A DNA stretch of 60,437 bases, filler included. It is 4 parts of 4 records of this genome, joined end to end, with 100 filler letters (N's around TTAATTAATTAA, not from the genome) between each part and the next. Parts side by side here need not be neighbours in the genome. Positions count along the whole stretch, not along the records: positions 17,416 to 42,083 come from SRR22947727_43; 3 more parts are not named here. One strand, written 5' to 3'. The notes below the pieces were generated by a model. That model worked only from the letters and a program-made list of their open reading frames with translations, was not told the origin of the DNA and searched no databases. Both the position numbers and the translations under genes were made by a program. Below, in pieces: positions 20,581 through 31,085 of the stretch; position 1 is the stretch's first letter, and every line of letters begins with the position of its first letter.

Positions 20581-21923
20581 TAGAGGTTGTATTGTTTGAT
20601 TTTTCTGTAAAGTGTTCTTTCTGAGATACCTAACTCGGATGCTGCTAATTTTCTTTTCCCTTTATTGCGATCTAAGGCTTTAATAATGAGCTCAATTTCT
20701 TTGTCATGTAAAGATAGGGTTTCTTCTTCTTCAATTTCTTCTGCAAAATGGTACTTGTCGGAAGGATTTGAATCAGGCATATGGTCTTTTTCAGAAGCAC
20801 TGTTTTGAATGGCTAATATTGATTTAGAGTGAAGGGGTTCATAATCATTGTCTGAAACCGCCTCGTCGTCATAATTGTCCTCATTTTCTTGATAAGAGGA
20901 AAGTGCTTCTAATTGCGCGGATTTTTGAGACTCATTACCGTATATTTTTCTAATGAGGTTGTCGTTTTCTTTTTGTACTGAAGCACCATCTTTTCCTTTT
21001 AGCAATTCTAAAGTCAGTTTTTTCAAGTCGTTGAGGTCTCCTTTCATGTCAAAGAGTACCTTATACAGTATTTCTCTTTCATTGGAGAAATCACTAGATT
21101 GTTTTTCAGATCCAATGACTGCAGGCAATTGGCTGCTGTGCACCTGTGGGAGGTAGGATTGTAGGGTTTTGACATTTACTTCTCTTGAAGATTCCAATAC
21201 AGATATTTGTTCCGCAATGTTTCGGAGTTGTCTAATGTTGCCTGGCCACCTGTATTTTATGAGCATTTGAACCGCTTCCTCTGAAAGTCGAATGGTAGGC
21301 ATCTTATATTTTTGTCCAAAGTCCGATGCAAATTTTCTAAATAAAAGATGGATGTCTTCTTTTCTAGTGCGCAATGGAGGAACCCCTATCTCAATAGTGC
21401 TTAATCGGTAATAAAGGTCTTCTCTGAATTTGCCTTCTTGAATGGCTTTGGTCATTTCTACGTTGGTAGCAGCGACTATTCTTACATTGGTTTTTTGGAC
21501 TTGTGAGGACCCTACTTTTAAGAATTCTCCATTTTCTAGTACCCTAAGGAGTCTCACTTGTGTGGTTAAAGGCAATTCTCCTACTTCATCTAAAAAAATA
21601 GTTCCACCATCTGCCACTTCAAAGTAGCCACTTCTGGTTGCTGTTGCGCCTGTAAAAGCGCCTTTTTCATGACCAAAAAGTTCACTATCTATGGTGCCTT
21701 CTGGAATAGCTCCGCAGTTTACGGCAATGTATTTTGAGTGTTTTCTGTGGGAAAGTCCGTGAATGATTTTTGGAATAGATTCTTTTCCTACCCCACTTTC
21801 TCCTGTAACCAATACGGAGATATCTGTAGGGGCTACCTGAATAGCTTTCTCCAATGACCTATTTAATGTAGGGTCATTTCCAATAATTTCAAATCGTTGT
21901 TTAATGGCTTGCAAGTTTTCCAT
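20580..21923 (-). CDS. Sigma54-dependent enhancer-binding protein (AAA+ plus Fis HTH, no N-terminal regulatory domain)
   Basis: GESGVGKE, ELFGHEKGAFTGA, FLDEVGE, WPGNIRQL and ELGISERTLYRK motifs. ATG at 21923 overlaps the miaB stop (TAATG). Confidence 0.92.
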   Translation of the reverse strand: MENLQAIKQRFEIIGNDPTLNRSLEKAIQVAPTDISVLVTGESGVGKESIPKIIHGLSHRKHSKYIAVNCGAIPEGTIDSELFGHEKGAFTGATATRSGYFEVADGGTIFLDEVGELPLTTQVRLLRVLENGEFLKVGSSQVQKTNVRIVAATNVEMTKAIQEGKFREDLYYRLSTIEIGVPPLRTRKEDIHLLFRKFASDFGQKYKMPTIRLSEEAVQMLIKYRWPGNIRQLRNIAEQISVLESSREVNVKTLQSYLPQVHSSQLPAVIGSEKQSSDFSNEREILYKVLFDMKGDLNDLKKLTLELLKGKDGASVQKENDNLIRKIYGNESQKSAQLEALSSYQENEDNYDDEAVSDNDYEPLHSKSILAIQNSASEKDHMPDSNPSDKYHFAEEIEEEETLSLHDKEIELIIKALDRNKGKRKLAASELGISERTLYRKIKQYNL

Positions 21924-23371
21924 TATGATGAAAGTTTGGTGTGTGAAATGGCTTTTCCTAATAAGGTTCCGGAGGTGCAATCTGTAATTTTTACTGCAAC
22001 TAGGTCACCAATTTTATAAGTTTCTCTTGGAAATACCACTACGGCATTGTAGTTGTTTCTTCCCATGAGGTCTTTCTCTGATTTTTTAGATACCCCCTCT
22101 ACCAACACGGTTTCAATTTTACCTATCCTATTTTGAGTGTGCATGGCAGCATGTTTGCGTTGGACGGCTATGACTTCTGCAAGTCTTTTGCTTTTTAAGG
22201 TTTCCGGGATATTGTCTGCTAAGTTTTTTCCAGCTGCAGTTCCTGGCCTGTCTGAGTAGGAGTACATATAACCGAAATCATATTTTACATATTCCATAAG
22301 GCTTAGGGTGTCCTTGTGGTCTTTTTCGGTTTCATTGGGGAACCCAATAATCATATCTTGAGAAATAGCACAGTCAGGGATTATAGCCCTAATATTGTCT
22401 ATAAGAGCCATATATTCTTCTCTAGTGTGTTGGCGGTTCATGGCTTTTAGAATACGGTTACTTCCGCTTTGTACGGGCAAGTGAATGTGCTTGCAAATAT
22501 TTGAATGTGCCGCCATGGTTCTAACCACATCCAAGGTCATGTCCTGTGGATTTGAAGTGGAAAAACGAATTCTCATTTCAGGAAACTTTAGCGCTACTTT
22601 TTCTAACAAGTGTGAAAAATTTACTGCTGTAGCCTGAGCCATTTGGGTGGCTTTATTAAAATCTTTTTTTAAACCACCTCCGTACCAAAGGTAGCTGTCT
22701 ACATTCTGCCCTAAAAGGGTCATTTCTTTATAGCCTTTGTCCCAGAGGTCCTGTATTTCTGTAAGTATGGAAAGTGGGTCTCTGGATCTTTCTCTCCCCC
22801 TTGTAAATGGGACTACGCAAAAAGTACACATATTGTCACAGCCTCTTGTAATGGAAACAAAAGCGGTAATTTTATTGCTGGCCAGTCTCACAGGAGCAAT
22901 GTCCCCATAGGTTTCCTCTTTTGATAAAATCACATTAACGGCATTTCTTCCAGCCTCCACTTCTTTAAGTAAATTAGGAATGTCTTTATAGGCATCTGGG
23001 CCTACTACCATATCTACAATTTTGGCCTCTTCGAGTAGCTTTGTTTTGAGTCTTTCTGCCATACACCCTAACACCCCTACTTTCATTTGTGGGTTGCTGC
23101 GTTTCACGGCCTGAAATTTCTCTAAGCGTTTTCTCACGGTTTGTTCCGCCTTATCTCTAATGGAGCAAGTATTGATTAGCACAAGGTCTGCTTCTTCTAA
23201 TACCTCTGTGGTGTGATACCCCTCAGCGGCTAATATTGACGCAACTACTTCGGAATCTGAAAAATTCATGGCGCAACCATAACTTTCTATATAAAGTTTT
23301 TTTGCGTTTGAGCCTTGAAGGTTTAGCTTCAATGCGGTTCCTTGTATGTTTGGATCAATAGTTTTTTCCAT
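21923..23371 (-). CDS. miaB: tRNA-2-methylthio-N6-dimethylallyladenosine synthase
   Basis: SYGC.MN..DSE, NTCSIR and radical [11 protein letters not shown] motifs; TRAM domain. Confidence 0.95.
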   Translation of the reverse strand: MEKTIDPNIQGTALKLNLQGSNAKKLYIESYGCAMNFSDSEVVASILAAEGYHTTEVLEEADLVLINTCSIRDKAEQTVRKRLEKFQAVKRSNPQMKVGVLGCMAERLKTKLLEEAKIVDMVVGPDAYKDIPNLLKEVEAGRNAVNVILSKEETYGDIAPVRLASNKITAFVSITRGCDNMCTFCVVPFTRGRERSRDPLSILTEIQDLWDKGYKEMTLLGQNVDSYLWYGGGLKKDFNKATQMAQATAVNFSHLLEKVALKFPEMRIRFSTSNPQDMTLDVVRTMAAHSNICKHIHLPVQSGSNRILKAMNRQHTREEYMALIDNIRAIIPDCAISQDMIIGFPNETEKDHKDTLSLMEYVKYDFGYMYSYSDRPGTAAGKNLADNIPETLKSKRLAEVIAVQRKHAAMHTQNRIGKIETVLVEGVSKKSEKDLMGRNNYNAVVVFPRETYKIGDLVAVKITDCTSGTLLGKAISHTKLSS

Positions 23372-23401
23372 AGGGGAGTAAGCGATATTTAAAATGGTTT
23401 A

Positions 23402-23409
23402 CAAAGATA
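23402..23409 (-). promoter_or_regulatory. Bacteroidota sigmaA -7 element (miaB operon)
   Basis: TATCTTTG matches TAnnTTTG, 30 nt upstream of the miaB ATG. Confidence 0.65.
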
Positions 23410-23427
23410 GTACTAAATTCAAATTAG

Positions 23428-23440
23428 TGACATTTTGTCA
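23428..23440. promoter_or_regulatory. Palindromic operator TGACA-N3-TGTCA
   Basis: TGACATTTTGTCA with perfectly inverted 5-bp arms in the miaB/topA divergent spacer; a related box lies at 18716-18728. Confidence 0.5.
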
Positions 23441-23528
23441 TGGATTTTTTGGTCCTTAGTAGGGCTTTATTTAAAGGTGCTATTCAAAACAGATATGACT
23501 GAGACCGGTTAAAATAAAAAAATTGACC

Positions 23529-23536
23529 TACTTTTG
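23529..23536 (+). promoter_or_regulatory. Bacteroidota sigmaA -7 element (topA)
   Basis: TACTTTTG, 18 nt upstream of the topA ATG. Confidence 0.65.
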
Positions 23537-23554
23537 TTTCCATAAATACGATCA

Positions 23555-26104
23555 ATGGCAAAGAATTTAGTAATTGTAGAGTCCCCGGCAAAAGCCAAAA
23601 CCATAGAAAAATTTTTAGGACCAGATTTTAAAGTAGCCTCTAGTTATGGGCATATTGCAGATCTTCCGTCCAAGGAATTGGGGGTAGCAGTGGATGATGA
23701 TTTTGAAGCAAAATATATAGTTTCCTCCGATAAAAAAGCATTGGTAAAACAATTACAAGTATTGGCCAATAAAGCAGAGATCATTTGGTTGGCTAGTGAT
23801 GAGGACCGAGAAGGAGAGGCTATTTCTTGGCATTTGTCAGAAACTTTGAAATTAGATAAAGCCAAAACCAAGAGGATTGTATTTAACTCTATTACAAAAT
23901 CTGCGGTGCAGCATGCGATTCAAAACCCTAGAGAGATAGATTACAATCTTGTCAATGCACAGCAAGCCAGGCGTGTTTTAGATCGTTTGGTAGGTTATGA
24001 ATTGTCTCCTGTGTTGTGGAAAAAAATTAAGCCAGGACTTTCTGCAGGAAGGGTTCAATCCGTTGCTGTAAGACTTATTGTAGAGAGAGAAAGAGAGATT
24101 GACTCATTTAATCCTGAAGCTTCCTTTAAAATTACGGCCCAATTCAAGACCCAGGCTGGGGTATTGTTTTCTGCAAAAATATACAAGACCTTTGCTGACC
24201 AAGGGGCTGCATCTGCCTTTTTAAATCAAAATATTGGGGCTCATTTTTCAGTGGCGCAATTGGAAAAGAAGCCTGCGAAAAAAACACCTGCTGCACCATT
24301 TACCACCTCTACATTACAACAAGAGGCTTCTAGAAAAATTTATTTTTCTGTATCTAAAACCATGCAAGTAGCCCAGAGACTTTACGAGGCTGGACACATT
24401 ACTTATATGAGAACAGACAGCGTTAATCTTTCCAAAGAGGCAAAAGAAGCTGCTGCTGCTGCGATTATAGAAAATTATGGAAAATCTTTCTCTCATCCGA
24501 GAGATTTTAGGGGTAAGACCAAAGGAGCTCAAGAGGCTCACGAGGCCATTAGACCGACAAATATGATGGTTCAAAATCCAGTGAGTGACAGGGACCAAGC
24601 CAAATTATATGACCTTATTTGGAAACGTACCTTGGCTTCTCAAATGTCAGATGCTCAATTAGAAAGAACCAATGTTAAAATTGCGGCCAACACCCATGAC
24701 GAACAATTCACAGCCAGTGGAGAGGTCATTACTTTTGAAGGTTTTTTAAAGGTTTATCTGGAAGGAGTAGATGACGAAGATCAGGAGGAACAAGAAGGTA
24801 TGTTACCTGCAATGAGTCTATCTGAAAGCTTGGATTATCAAAACATTACAGCTACCGAACGTTTTTCAAGACCTCCTTACAGGTATTCAGAAGCTTCTTT
24901 AGTAAAGAAACTTGAGGAATTAGGTATTGGAAGACCATCTACCTATGCGCCAACCATATCTACCATTCAAAATAGGGGGTATGTGGAAAAAGGTACTATA
25001 GAAGGAACCGCAAGGGCATACCAACAGTTGGTGCTCTCTAAAGACGTCTTAAAAGCCAGTACACTTTCTGAAAATGTAGGCTCTGACAAGGGCAAAATGG
25101 TCCCAACAGACATTGGCATGATTGTCAATGATTTTTTAGTGGATCACTTTGCTTCTATTATGGATTATCATTTCACGGCTAAAGTAGAAGAAGATTTTGA
25201 TGAGATAGCTCAAGGCACAGAGGATTGGAAAAAAGTGATGAAAAATTTCTATCAAGACTTTCATCCCAAAGTACTCAATGTAGAGGAAAATGCGGAAAGG
25301 GCTTCTGGAGAAAGACTTTTGGGAGACGACCCCAAGTCCGGAAGACCCCTTATTGTTCGTTTGGGTAAATTTGGTGCTATGGCACAAATAGGCCATGCAG
25401 ACGACGAGGAGAAACCCGTGTTTGCCAGTCTTTTGCCAGAACAATCACTGGGTACAATCACTTTTCAAGAGGCATTGGATTTATTCAAATTGCCCCGTGA
25501 ATTAGGCACCTATGAGGGTAAAGAAGTTCTAGCCAATGTGGGCAGATTTGGTCCATACATTAAGTTTGGAGAAGCGTTTGTTTCTATGGATAGGGCAGAA
25601 AGCGCTATGGATGTTAGCTTTGATAGGGCCCTAGAACTTATTGTTGAGAAGCAAAAAGCAGACGCCCCAATCGCACACTATGATAACCATGAAGTGACTA
25701 AAGGGACAGGTCGTTTTGGTCCTTTTATAAAATGGAATGGGCTATTTATAAACGTGAATAAAAAATATGATTTTGATGCTTTATCTACTGCAGACATTGC
25801 AGAACTCATTGAGTTAAAAAAGCAAAAAGAAATTGAAAAAGTAATACATGACTGGCCGGAAGCTGGGGTTAGAATTGAAAAAGCCAGGTGGGGACGCCAT
25901 AATATTTTGAAGGGTAAAGTAAAAATTGAACTGGCAAAGGAAGTGGCGGTGGAAGCCATGACCTTGGAACAAGCAGAGGCCATCATAGAACAAAAGGCCC
26001 CTAAGAAGAAAGCGGCCCCTAAGAAAAAAACGGCTGCTAAGAAAACGACCACTAAAAAGGCATCGGCTGTTAAAGCCAAGCCAAAAGCAACGGCTAAAAA
26101 ATAG
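23555..26104 (+). CDS. topA: DNA topoisomerase I
   Basis: LVIVESPAKAKTI, DEDREGE, SAGRVQS and ITYMRTDS motifs; C-terminal GRFGPY repeats and Lys-rich tail. Confidence 0.97.
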   Translation: MAKNLVIVESPAKAKTIEKFLGPDFKVASSYGHIADLPSKELGVAVDDDFEAKYIVSSDKKALVKQLQVLANKAEIIWLASDEDREGEAISWHLSETLKLDKAKTKRIVFNSITKSAVQHAIQNPREIDYNLVNAQQARRVLDRLVGYELSPVLWKKIKPGLSAGRVQSVAVRLIVEREREIDSFNPEASFKITAQFKTQAGVLFSAKIYKTFADQGAASAFLNQNIGAHFSVAQLEKKPAKKTPAAPFTTSTLQQEASRKIYFSVSKTMQVAQRLYEAGHITYMRTDSVNLSKEAKEAAAAAIIENYGKSFSHPRDFRGKTKGAQEAHEAIRPTNMMVQNPVSDRDQAKLYDLIWKRTLASQMSDAQLERTNVKIAANTHDEQFTASGEVITFEGFLKVYLEGVDDEDQEEQEGMLPAMSLSESLDYQNITATERFSRPPYRYSEASLVKKLEELGIGRPSTYAPTISTIQNRGYVEKGTIEGTARAYQQLVLSKDVLKASTLSENVGSDKGKMVPTDIGMIVNDFLVDHFASIMDYHFTAKVEEDFDEIAQGTEDWKKVMKNFYQDFHPKVLNVEENAERASGERLLGDDPKSGRPLIVRLGKFGAMAQIGHADDEEKPVFASLLPEQSLGTITFQEALDLFKLPRELGTYEGKEVLANVGRFGPYIKFGEAFVSMDRAESAMDVSFDRALELIVEKQKADAPIAHYDNHEVTKGTGRFGPFIKWNGLFINVNKKYDFDALSTADIAELIELKKQKEIEKVIHDWPEAGVRIEKARWGRHNILKGKVKIELAKEVAVEAMTLEQAEAIIEQKAPKKKAAPKKKTAAKKTTTKKASAVKAKPKATAKK

Positions 26105-26132
26105 TATTTAATTTCCCTTATCATCTTTTGAC

Positions 26133-27290
26133 ATGGCCTTAGAATTTTTACTCCCCGTCTCAGATAAAGTTTTGGCACATAGTGCACTTTTACCGGAGCA
26201 GGCTATTGGAAATAAAATAAAAGTACATACGCAAAAATCAGGGATTCCTCCTTTAGATGGCGTTCAATTGGCTTTTTTAGGGGTACATGAATCCAGAAAT
26301 GCCTTTGAAAAAAAGCCGTATAGATTAGCTATTGACGCCATTAGAATTCAATGGTACAAGCTCATGTTTGGCAATTGGAATAGTGCTGTGGTGGATCTTG
26401 GAGATGTGCCAGAAGGTGCTGAGGTTTCAGATACCTACTATGTGTTGAATCAGATAGTTTCTGAATTGGTTACTAAGGGCATAGTACCCATTATTGTTGG
26501 GGCTACTCAAGATATTACCTACCCTATTTACAGGTCTTTTGATCTGAGTGGGAAAATGGTCAATATGGTTTCCGTAGACAGTCGTTTTGACTTTGGCAGC
26601 CAAGATGAATTGATTTCATCTCACTCTTATATGAGTAAGATTATCACCGAAAAGCCCAATAATTTATTTAATTTTTCAAACCTTGGTTACCAGAGCTATT
26701 TTAACGCTCAGGAGGCCATGGATTTGATGGATAGACTTTTTTTTGATGCTTACAGATTGGGAAGTCTAACCAAAGATTTAAGCGTGGCGGAACCTGTTTT
26801 GAGAGGGGCGCACATTGTAGGTATAGACGCAAGGGCTGTTAGGGCCTCTGAAATGGGCGGAGGCAGTGATTTCTCTCCCAATGGTTTTGATGGCAGAGAA
26901 ATTTGCACGCTTTCTAGGTATGCTGGTTTGAGTGATACTGTGGCTGTTTTTGGAATTTTTGAAAGTGACAATCATCCTCAGAGCACCCAGATGGTTGCTC
27001 AAATGATATGGTACTTTATGGAGGGGTATGGATTTAGACATTCTGAATCTCCATTGGAATCACCAGATAACTTTATTAAATACACCCTCCCTTTTGAAGA
27101 CAGGGACTTGGTTTTTTATAAAAGCCAGTTTACACAGCGTTGGTGGGTTGGGGTATCTTTTTTAGAGACTGAGGATAATAAAGCCGCAGCTACGGCGTTA
27201 TTACCCTGCACAGAACAAGATTATTTAGCGGCTTGTAATCACAATATTCCAGAAAGGTGGTTTAAAGCGCAAAAAAAAGGTTTTATTTAA
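26133..27290 (+). CDS. Arginase/formimidoylglutamase-fold protein with degenerate metal site
   Basis: DLGD, GATQD, DSRFD, NLGYQ and SPNGFDGREIC motifs; lies directly upstream of gldK. Confidence 0.8.
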   Translation: MALEFLLPVSDKVLAHSALLPEQAIGNKIKVHTQKSGIPPLDGVQLAFLGVHESRNAFEKKPYRLAIDAIRIQWYKLMFGNWNSAVVDLGDVPEGAEVSDTYYVLNQIVSELVTKGIVPIIVGATQDITYPIYRSFDLSGKMVNMVSVDSRFDFGSQDELISSHSYMSKIITEKPNNLFNFSNLGYQSYFNAQEAMDLMDRLFFDAYRLGSLTKDLSVAEPVLRGAHIVGIDARAVRASEMGGGSDFSPNGFDGREICTLSRYAGLSDTVAVFGIFESDNHPQSTQMVAQMIWYFMEGYGFRHSESPLESPDNFIKYTLPFEDRDLVFYKSQFTQRWWVGVSFLETEDNKAAATALLPCTEQDYLAACNHNIPERWFKAQKKGFI

Positions 27291-27339
27291 GTAGCATTAT
27301 GCTATTTTTATTAACATTATAAAAAGAACATCTATTATT

Positions 27340-28731
27340 TTGAAAAATATAATCTCATACACAACTGTAAAAACTTCGATATATAGCATGCTAGCTTTGT
27401 TATTATTTTTTAGTTGCAAGTCAAATAACACAAAAGGAGAATTAATTGGTGCTCCAGGTCAAAAATGGTTTTCTGAAAAACCATTCGGAATGGAATTGAT
27501 TCCAAGTGGTTCTTTTGTCATGGGAAAATCTGAGGAAGATATGGCGAGTGCCTTAAACGCTCCCACTAAAACAGTTACGGTAAAGTCTTTTTATATGGAC
27601 AACACGGAAATTACCAATGCGGAATACAGACAATACGTGAACTGGGTCAAGGATTCTATTGTGCGTGTAAAATTAGCTGTTTTAGCAGACGATTTAGGTT
27701 TAACTCCGGAAGATGAAGGCATTGGTTTATATGCCTTTAAAGAGTCAGATACTACGGACATGACTCCTTATGAAAAATACAAGTTCTACAATGCTCCAAC
27801 AGATCCTGAAAATCCTTACGCTGGATACACTTTAAATAGGACAGAAGACATTATTTGGAATACAAAAGATTATCCTGACGAGTATTATGCAGAGGTCATG
27901 GACCAGCTTTATTTATCTGAAGAAGAGGCGTATAACGGTCAGAGAAGTTTTAGGGTTAAAGAATTAAAATACACTTACAATTGGTTGGATACAGACGCTG
28001 CTATTGCAGCGCGTTCTGACAATAGAAAAAATTATATCAGAAAAGAAGTGGCTATGGTGTATCCTGACACAACCGTTTGGATTAAAGACTTTGCCTACGC
28101 TTATAATGAGCCCATGCACAACGACTACTTCTGGCACGACGCTTATTCAGATTATCCAGTTGTTGGGGTTACTTGGAAACAGGCTCAGGCTTTTTGCCAT
28201 TGGAGAACAAAATTAAAGAATGATGATCAGCGTGTTAGGGGAGCCCAAACAGTAAATCCTTTCAGACTTCCTACAGAGGCAGAATGGGAATACGCTGCTA
28301 GAGGAGGAATTAAAGGCGGTACTTACCCTTGGGGAGGACCCTATTTGTTGGGAGATAATGGTTGTTTTATGGCTAATTTTAAGCCTCAAAGAGGTGATTA
28401 TGCTTCAGATACAGCGCTATATACTGTGGAAGCTAAATCTTATGCAGCCAATGACTACAACCTGTACAACATGGCAGGGAATGTGTCTGAATGGACCGCT
28501 TCTTCCTTTGATCCAGGTTCTTATGAATACGTGTCTACCATGAATCCTTTTGCCGGAGATAAAAACAATCCAAAGAAAGTGATTAGAGGAGGTTCTTGGA
28601 AGGACGTTGCTTATTTCTTGCAGGTGAGTACAAGAGATTTTGAATATAAGGACACTGCGAGAAGCTATGTTGGTTTTAGAACGGTTCAAGATTTTATGGG
28701 GGAATCTGGAGAGAAAGACAGAAGACAGTAA
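27340..28731 (+). CDS. gldK: Gliding motility / T9SS lipoprotein GldK (PorK)
   Basis: FFSC lipobox; FGE-sulfatase domain (YPVVGVTW, RLPTEAEWEYAARGG, NMAGNVSEW, RGGSW). Confidence 0.92.
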   Translation: MKNIISYTTVKTSIYSMLALLLFFSCKSNNTKGELIGAPGQKWFSEKPFGMELIPSGSFVMGKSEEDMASALNAPTKTVTVKSFYMDNTEITNAEYRQYVNWVKDSIVRVKLAVLADDLGLTPEDEGIGLYAFKESDTTDMTPYEKYKFYNAPTDPENPYAGYTLNRTEDIIWNTKDYPDEYYAEVMDQLYLSEEEAYNGQRSFRVKELKYTYNWLDTDAAIAARSDNRKNYIRKEVAMVYPDTTVWIKDFAYAYNEPMHNDYFWHDAYSDYPVVGVTWKQAQAFCHWRTKLKNDDQRVRGAQTVNPFRLPTEAEWEYAARGGIKGGTYPWGGPYLLGDNGCFMANFKPQRGDYASDTALYTVEAKSYAANDYNLYNMAGNVSEWTASSFDPGSYEYVSTMNPFAGDKNNPKKVIRGGSWKDVAYFLQVSTRDFEYKDTARSYVGFRTVQDFMGESGEKDRRQ

Positions 28732-28865
28732 CATTGAGGTCTTAGTTCCTGAATCATAGTAAAGACATTAAGAAAACAAGAAATTTAAAAATTAGTAGAG
28801 TAAGAATCATTCAAAAGCAATTTTTTTTATGATTTTTACTTTTAAAACCAACATTATTTAATAGC

Positions 28866-29504
28866 ATGGCAAAGTCATTAAAACAAAAGAAAGCAGAAAA
28901 TATGGTTTACGGCCTTGGTGCGGCTGTAGTAATCCTAGGAGCGTTATTTAAACTAACTCACTGGGAGCTTGGTCCTTTAAATGGCACAGTGCTCTTGACT
29001 GTAGGACTTATTACTGAAGCAGGAATTTTTGTCTTTTCTGCTTTTGAAACACCAGAAGATGATTATGATTGGACCCTCGCTTATCCTGAACTAGTAGGTG
29101 GGCAAAAGAGCGGTGTAGCCCATCCTGCAGATGCAGATGGTATGCTGTCCAAAAAATTAGATCAATTACTTCAAGATGCGAAATTAGACGCTGCTTTAAT
29201 GGAGCGCCTTGGAAGTGGCATCAAAAATTTTGAAGGAGCTGCAAGAAATATAGCGCCTACTTCTGCTGCAATTGAATCTACAGAAAAATATGCTTTAGAG
29301 TTAAAACAGGCTGCTTCACAAATGCAGGCTTTAAATGACCTATATAAATCTCAACTAGACAGTGCAGGCACTCAAGCAGCGGTCCAAGAAACTATTGCGC
29401 AAAATGCTGCTGCATTAAAGGCTCAAATGGAAGCCATGACGGCTAATTTAGAAGCACTCAACGGGGTGTATAACGGTATGTTGCATGCCATGAACAGAAA
29501 GTAA
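28866..29504 (+). CDS. gldL: Gliding motility / T9SS motor subunit GldL (PorL)
   Basis: YGLGAAVVILGALFK..HW, GL.TEA..F..SAF and LN.VY.GML.AM motifs. Confidence 0.95.
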   Translation: MAKSLKQKKAENMVYGLGAAVVILGALFKLTHWELGPLNGTVLLTVGLITEAGIFVFSAFETPEDDYDWTLAYPELVGGQKSGVAHPADADGMLSKKLDQLLQDAKLDAALMERLGSGIKNFEGAARNIAPTSAAIESTEKYALELKQAASQMQALNDLYKSQLDSAGTQAAVQETIAQNAAALKAQMEAMTANLEALNGVYNGMLHAMNRK

Positions 29505-29510
29505 TAAGAT

Positions 29511-31079
29511 ATGGCGTCAGGCAAATTGTCCCCAAGGCAGAAAATGATCAATCTTATGTACTTAGTGTTTATTGCTATGTTGGCCTTAAACATGAGTAAA
29601 GAAGTGTTGACTGCATTCGGATTGATGAAAGAAAAATTCGAATATTCCAATGCAGAAATGACTTTGGTAAACCAACAGTTTTTTGATGGTTTGCAAATTA
29701 AGGCAGCTGAAAACCCGGATAAATTTGGTCCTTTATTAGAACAGGCAAACCAAATTAAAATAGCATCACAAGTCTATTTTGACTATTTGGAGGGTTTAAA
29801 GACATCTATGACGGCAAAATACGAAGACAAGCAAGATTATGAAAGGATGGATAGAACGGACTATCTTGACCAATTGTTCTTTAATGGTGACAATTACTCC
29901 AAAGAAGGGAAAGAATTTATAGCGCAATTGAATGCTTTTAAAACTACTTTAAATGGAGCCATTCCTTCTAATTTAACCAATGTTATTAAGGCCTTGGATA
30001 GAAGATTCTCTGTTGGAGATGCCCAGGGAATGTTACAAGACAGGGAAGGTAAAAATATTCCTTGGTTGAATTACCATTATGAGGGTTACCCCATGGTGAG
30101 TTCTTTGGCTAGTTTTACGCAATTACAATCGGATATAAAAATAACAGAACAGGAGGCTTTTAAGGGTATGTTAGAAGGACAGCTCACTTCTGAATTGTCA
30201 ATGACTAACTACACTACGCTTTTAGAGCAAGAAAAATCTGCTTTTTACCAAGGAGAGGCTTTCTCAGGAAGCATTGTTTTGGGAAGGAAAGATGCCACTA
30301 CAAGACCTAATAGGGTAGAACTATCCTTAGATGGCAGGCCTATGATAGAAGGTAAAGACTTCGTGATAGAAGACGGTAAAGTGAAACTTACCATAAGTGC
30401 TGGAAGTCCTGGAGACCATACCATTTCAGGAGCATTGGTTTTTTCACAAGACGGAGAAGAAACTATTGTGCCAGTTCAATCTACCTTTGCTACGATTACT
30501 AAACCAAACGCAGCGGTCATTTCTGCAGACAAAATGAATGTGGTTTATAGGGGGTTACCAAACCCAATGACTATCTCTATTCCAGGTGTAGCAGACAATA
30601 ATGTGCAAGCTTCCGCAGACGGTCTTTCAAAAACCGGCGGTAGTAAATACGTTCTGAACCCCAAAACAGGTAGGGAAGTCGCTATAACAGCGACAGGGAA
30701 ATTACCAGATGGTCAGACCATTAAAACCACGTCTTCCTTTAGAATCAAAGAAATTCCTAAACCTGAGGGAACGGTAAGGGGAGAAACGGGGACTTTGAAA
30801 ATGCCGCGGAACAATCTGGAAATTTCCACTATTGGTGCTGTACTTGATGATTTTGATTTTGATTTAAATATAGCAGTGAGCGAGTTTAAAGTGAAAATTC
30901 CAGGGCAACCAAGTATATTGGTCCGTGGAAATAAATTTGACGCTAAAGCAAAAGCTGCTTTGAAAAGAGCGTCCAGGGGTGATTTGATTCAAATTTTTGA
31001 CATTAAAGCATATATTACAAACAACAGAACATACAATTTGAAAACAGTTACTTCTGTCATTGTAGAGCTTGTAAACTAA
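29511..31079 (+). CDS. gldM: Gliding motility / T9SS motor subunit GldM (PorM)
   Basis: PRQKMINLMYLVFIAMLALN and KMNVVYRG..NP motifs. Confidence 0.95.
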   Translation: MASGKLSPRQKMINLMYLVFIAMLALNMSKEVLTAFGLMKEKFEYSNAEMTLVNQQFFDGLQIKAAENPDKFGPLLEQANQIKIASQVYFDYLEGLKTSMTAKYEDKQDYERMDRTDYLDQLFFNGDNYSKEGKEFIAQLNAFKTTLNGAIPSNLTNVIKALDRRFSVGDAQGMLQDREGKNIPWLNYHYEGYPMVSSLASFTQLQSDIKITEQEAFKGMLEGQLTSELSMTNYTTLLEQEKSAFYQGEAFSGSIVLGRKDATTRPNRVELSLDGRPMIEGKDFVIEDGKVKLTISAGSPGDHTISGALVFSQDGEETIVPVQSTFATITKPNAAVISADKMNVVYRGLPNPMTISIPGVADNNVQASADGLSKTGGSKYVLNPKTGREVAITATGKLPDGQTIKTTSSFRIKEIPKPEGTVRGETGTLKMPRNNLEISTIGAVLDDFDFDLNIAVSEFKVKIPGQPSILVRGNKFDAKAKAALKRASRGDLIQIFDIKAYITNNRTYNLKTVTSVIVELVN

Positions 31080-31085
31080 AGAAAT

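Noticed and set aside
25990..26104. Lys/Ala-rich repeat (KKKAAPKKKTAAKK) and the antisense ORF 25678-26187
   Set aside because: A normal basic C-terminal tail of TopA; the antisense ORF is its shadow.
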